Source of the DNA: a virus
Taxonomy: Duplodnaviria; Caudoviricetes
IMG/VR virus record: IMGVR_UViG_3300037634_002773
Coordinates: 1-56,662 of that record
Length of the DNA: 56,662 nucleotides
Direction: 5' to 3' (one strand)
Translations under genes and position numbers: made by a program
Notes under the pieces: model-generated
What the model was told of the DNA's origin: nothing
The model's database searches: none
What the model saw: the letters and a program-made list of their open reading frames with translations, nothing else
In this document: one piece after another, positions 54,436 through 56,662 of the stretch
How the letters are laid out: every line of letters starts with the position of its first letter
Numbering within the stretch: the stretch's first letter is position 1

Positions 54436-54641
54436 TATATCACCCTCTTTATTTTCATATCATTAATTTGCATATCTCGATTGATCTCAAGTCTAGCAAG
54501 AGTAATTAGGTGTACTTCCTCACATTTAAGCACCACCAACTCATTATTTGCTAACTTATTTATTATATCCACAAGTGAAAAGCACTTCGGATGGTAAGTT
54601 ATTGTATCGTCACCTTCATTTATTAGATAATGTCTATCCAT
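54435..54641 (-). CDS. Early hypothetical protein
   Basis: TAATG-coupled on both sides. Confidence 0.7.
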   Translation of the reverse strand: MDRHYLINEGDDTITYHPKCFSLVDIINKLANNELVVLKCEEVHLITLARLEINRDMQINDMKIKRVI

Positions 54642-54880
54642 TAGTCTAGAGTCCCTATCTCAACACCCTTGTCTCCAACCTCTAGCATCATATCCTTGGC
54701 AACATCCATCAACTCCTCAAGGCACTCATATCCACAATCTTCAGCATTGGACAATGCCCAACTGAAATTGTCTTTTGTCATCTCAAGGTGATATTTAAAG
54801 CAAACCATCCTGTCTGCCGATGTCAACTCTCTCACAGGCTTATTGCCTATCTTCTCATATTCCTTAATCCAATCTCTCAT
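54641..54880 (-). CDS. Early hypothetical protein
   Basis: AGGAG SD. Confidence 0.75.
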   Translation of the reverse strand: MRDWIKEYEKIGNKPVRELTSADRMVCFKYHLEMTKDNFSWALSNAEDCGYECLEELMDVAKDMMLEVGDKGVEIGTLD

Positions 54881-54900
54881 TACTTATTCTCCTAATTAGT

Positions 54901-54928
54901 GGGGAGCAATCCCTCAAGACTGCTCCCC
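54901..54928 (-). other. Hairpin after ardC, no U-tract
   Basis: GGGGAGCA pairs with TGCTCCCC. Confidence 0.6.
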
Positions 54929-54937
54929 TGTTTAATG

Positions 54938-55990
54938 TTACTTGCCTTCGAGTATGTAATGCACAGCCTTTGACGAGTCACGAAGTGCTGAAGCCATAAT
55001 CTTCGAGTCATTCTTTAGCCTTGACACCCACCCTTGTAGATATGCTTCAGTATTCCCTGTTGCTGAACTCGTGTCAAAGTTGAAGTATCTTGCTAACATT
55101 TCTGCACCACTCTCAGCAACAAGTTCCTCTTTAGCATACCTATGGTCACCCCATATACCAAGGTCGGTAATTCCTTCACGACTCAAACAGTTTTTATGAC
55201 CACTTGAGTGTACAAGTTCGTGACACCCTGTATGAAAGTAGTGACTCTCTGATGTTCCGTTATAGCCACTCTTATCTTTAAACTGTTTCATCGTCGGCAT
55301 ATGGATAGTGTGTTTGCTAGGACTATAACAAGCATTTCTTCCGTCTATTTTAAGAGCAGGTGAATTCTTCATCTCTTTAATTAGATTATGAAGAGTCTTC
55401 TCGACCTCTGTCTTCTTAAGTTTTTTAGTCTTTTTAGGTTTAGGAAGAGGTAGTTTAGTCTGTTCAATGTTGTAGACTAGGTGTATTCTAGGTTGTTGAG
55501 GGAATCTAACAACGAAATCCTCGTTAGTATGAGTTCCCTCTTCAATCATCCTAGCTTTCTGTTTAAAGGTTACCTTCTTCCACCCTTCACGAAGATAGAT
55601 ATTAGGAGTCCAATTTTCAACAGGCATTCTCTTCGCATCTACATCTTTTAACATAAGAGCCTTCAAGTCATTATACTTAACCTTCTCGTCATTCTTGTCG
55701 GCATACCAAAAGAATTTGCCACTTCTTACCTTCTTAAATCCCATCTTATTAGCTAGTTGGTCAAAGGTTATCCAAGCATTATGCTTATACTCCTCTAGTT
55801 GAGATATAAATGTTAGATAGCAATTTACTCCTCGATAGATATATCCTGTACTATGGTTATGAGCAAATACTCCCAAGTTTTGATTCCATTTCATCTCCCA
55901 AGGCATTTTCTTCTCTTTCTCGATACAAGATAAAGCCATTTCTGTAACACTATCGGCAATTATATCGATATTTGTCTTTTTATTTTTCAT
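54938..55990 (-). CDS. ardC: ArdC-like antirestriction protein (ArdC-N ssDNA-binding domain plus zincin-like domain)
   Basis: PWEMKW...YRGVN...WITFDQ...VYNIEQT; ACYSPSKHTIHMP...HELVH...YAKEELVAE...AYLQGW. Confidence 0.9.
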   Translation of the reverse strand: MKNKKTNIDIIADSVTEMALSCIEKEKKMPWEMKWNQNLGVFAHNHSTGYIYRGVNCYLTFISQLEEYKHNAWITFDQLANKMGFKKVRSGKFFWYADKNDEKVKYNDLKALMLKDVDAKRMPVENWTPNIYLREGWKKVTFKQKARMIEEGTHTNEDFVVRFPQQPRIHLVYNIEQTKLPLPKPKKTKKLKKTEVEKTLHNLIKEMKNSPALKIDGRNACYSPSKHTIHMPTMKQFKDKSGYNGTSESHYFHTGCHELVHSSGHKNCLSREGITDLGIWGDHRYAKEELVAESGAEMLARYFNFDTSSATGNTEAYLQGWVSRLKNDSKIMASALRDSSKAVHYILEGK

Positions 55991-55993
55991 CTC

Positions 55994-56341
55994 TTATTTC
56001 TCCTCGTTAATGTATCGTTCATTTAATTCTTTGAGCCTGTCGCCCATATTAGTATCACAATAGTGACAATATTTCTCGTCTGTATTGTACATATCATCAA
56101 GTTCAAAATGACACCATCTTGCCTTGCACAAGAATGCCTTCTCTTGATGTCTTTTTACACAATAGTCTTCAAAGGTCATTTCCTCGTCTTCCTGCTCTAA
56201 AAATTCCTTGAATAATTGCTCTTTATGGTCGAATAGATACTCGTCATAGTCTAGATTAGCACCAACACTACTGCTCTCGTTAGAATGGGCAATAGCACCA
56301 GCCTCCATCATCTCGTTATGAGTTACATTTTCTTCCATCAC
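55994..56341 (-). CDS. Acidic early protein with a Cys cluster
   Basis: SD; CKARWC...CHYC. Confidence 0.75.
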   Translation of the reverse strand: MMEENVTHNEMMEAGAIAHSNESSSVGANLDYDEYLFDHKEQLFKEFLEQEDEEMTFEDYCVKRHQEKAFLCKARWCHFELDDMYNTDEKYCHYCDTNMGDRLKELNERYINEEK

Positions 56342-56496
56342 TTTCTCCCTCGATTAATGTTAAATTGTACTGACGAGGTATTAGTCTTTCTAATCTCGTC
56401 ATCTGTTGTATTCTCTCGATAGTAGCGAGTATTGAATTCATACCCTTTACGTTCCTCGTCGGTCAATCCAGTTTTGTCTGTTGAATAGCAAATCAT
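56338..56496 (-). CDS. Early hypothetical protein, 52 aa
   Basis: TAATG-coupled to the junction-spanning gene and GTGA-coupled to the next; MICYSTDKTGLTDEERKGY... Confidence 0.65.
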   Translation of the reverse strand: MICYSTDKTGLTDEERKGYEFNTRYYRENTTDDEIRKTNTSSVQFNINRGRK

Positions 56497-56535
56497 TACT
56501 TGATCCCCCTGTTGAAATGGTTGGCAAGTCTATTC

Positions 56536-56662
56536 ATATTCTCTTCGTGACGACTGACGACTCCCCTGTAGGTCGGTAATACTACCACTTGAGCCTTCTT
56601 GGTTGCTCGTCTAATACTCTTCGTTTCTTTTATCGTTTTACCGAAGAGACTATTGAAGGCAT
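56536..56662. repeat. Terminal overlap identical to 1-127
   Basis: Exact sequence identity. Confidence 0.97.

Noticed and set aside
56536-56662. 127-nt terminal repeat as a biological direct terminal repeat
   Set aside because: The length equals a common assembler k-mer and the repeat falls mid-gene, so it is best explained as circular overlap

Overview
The window is a complete, circularly assembled genome (about 56,535 bp; the first 127 nt are repeated at the end) of a tailed dsDNA phage, probably podovirus-like and uncultured. The plus arm (about 1,480-42,602) carries late genes: terminase, P22-like portal, scaffold, major capsid, decoration, adaptor and fibre proteins, a lysis cluster, nozzle and ejection proteins, ending in a 2,915-aa polyvalent protein. 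The minus arm (about 950 back through position 1 to 42,603) carries small early genes, an ArdC-like antirestriction protein, RHH and XRE regulators, a Sak3-like annealase, a replication initiator, a ParB-like protein, a degenerate GIY-YIG protein, RusA and Nin-like genes. I saw no integrase, polymerase, helicase, RT, CRISPR array or intact tRNA. The most unusual signals are: (1) a near-copy of the initiator gene's origin-like repeats sitting 8.9 kb away, just ahead of the packaging genes; (2) a small covarying RNA motif (stem-RUUCAC-stem-UUA-stem) directly before two virion-gene ribosome-binding sites; (3) a 1,356-aa adaptor-like protein whose Pro/Thr-rich and helical repeats occur in mirror order with about 1:1.8 length ratios, suggesting a PPII/alpha-helix stalk; (4) an anticodon-less tRNA-like element ending a long early leader; (5) a five-hairpin RNA in front of an apparently catalytically dead GIY-YIG protein; (6) a GAMT/Rmt2-like methyltransferase among tail genes; (7) region-specific restriction-site avoidance and GACGAG enrichment in the early region. 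All protein calls come from motifs read by eye; no database searches or folding programs were run, and motif counts are manual.
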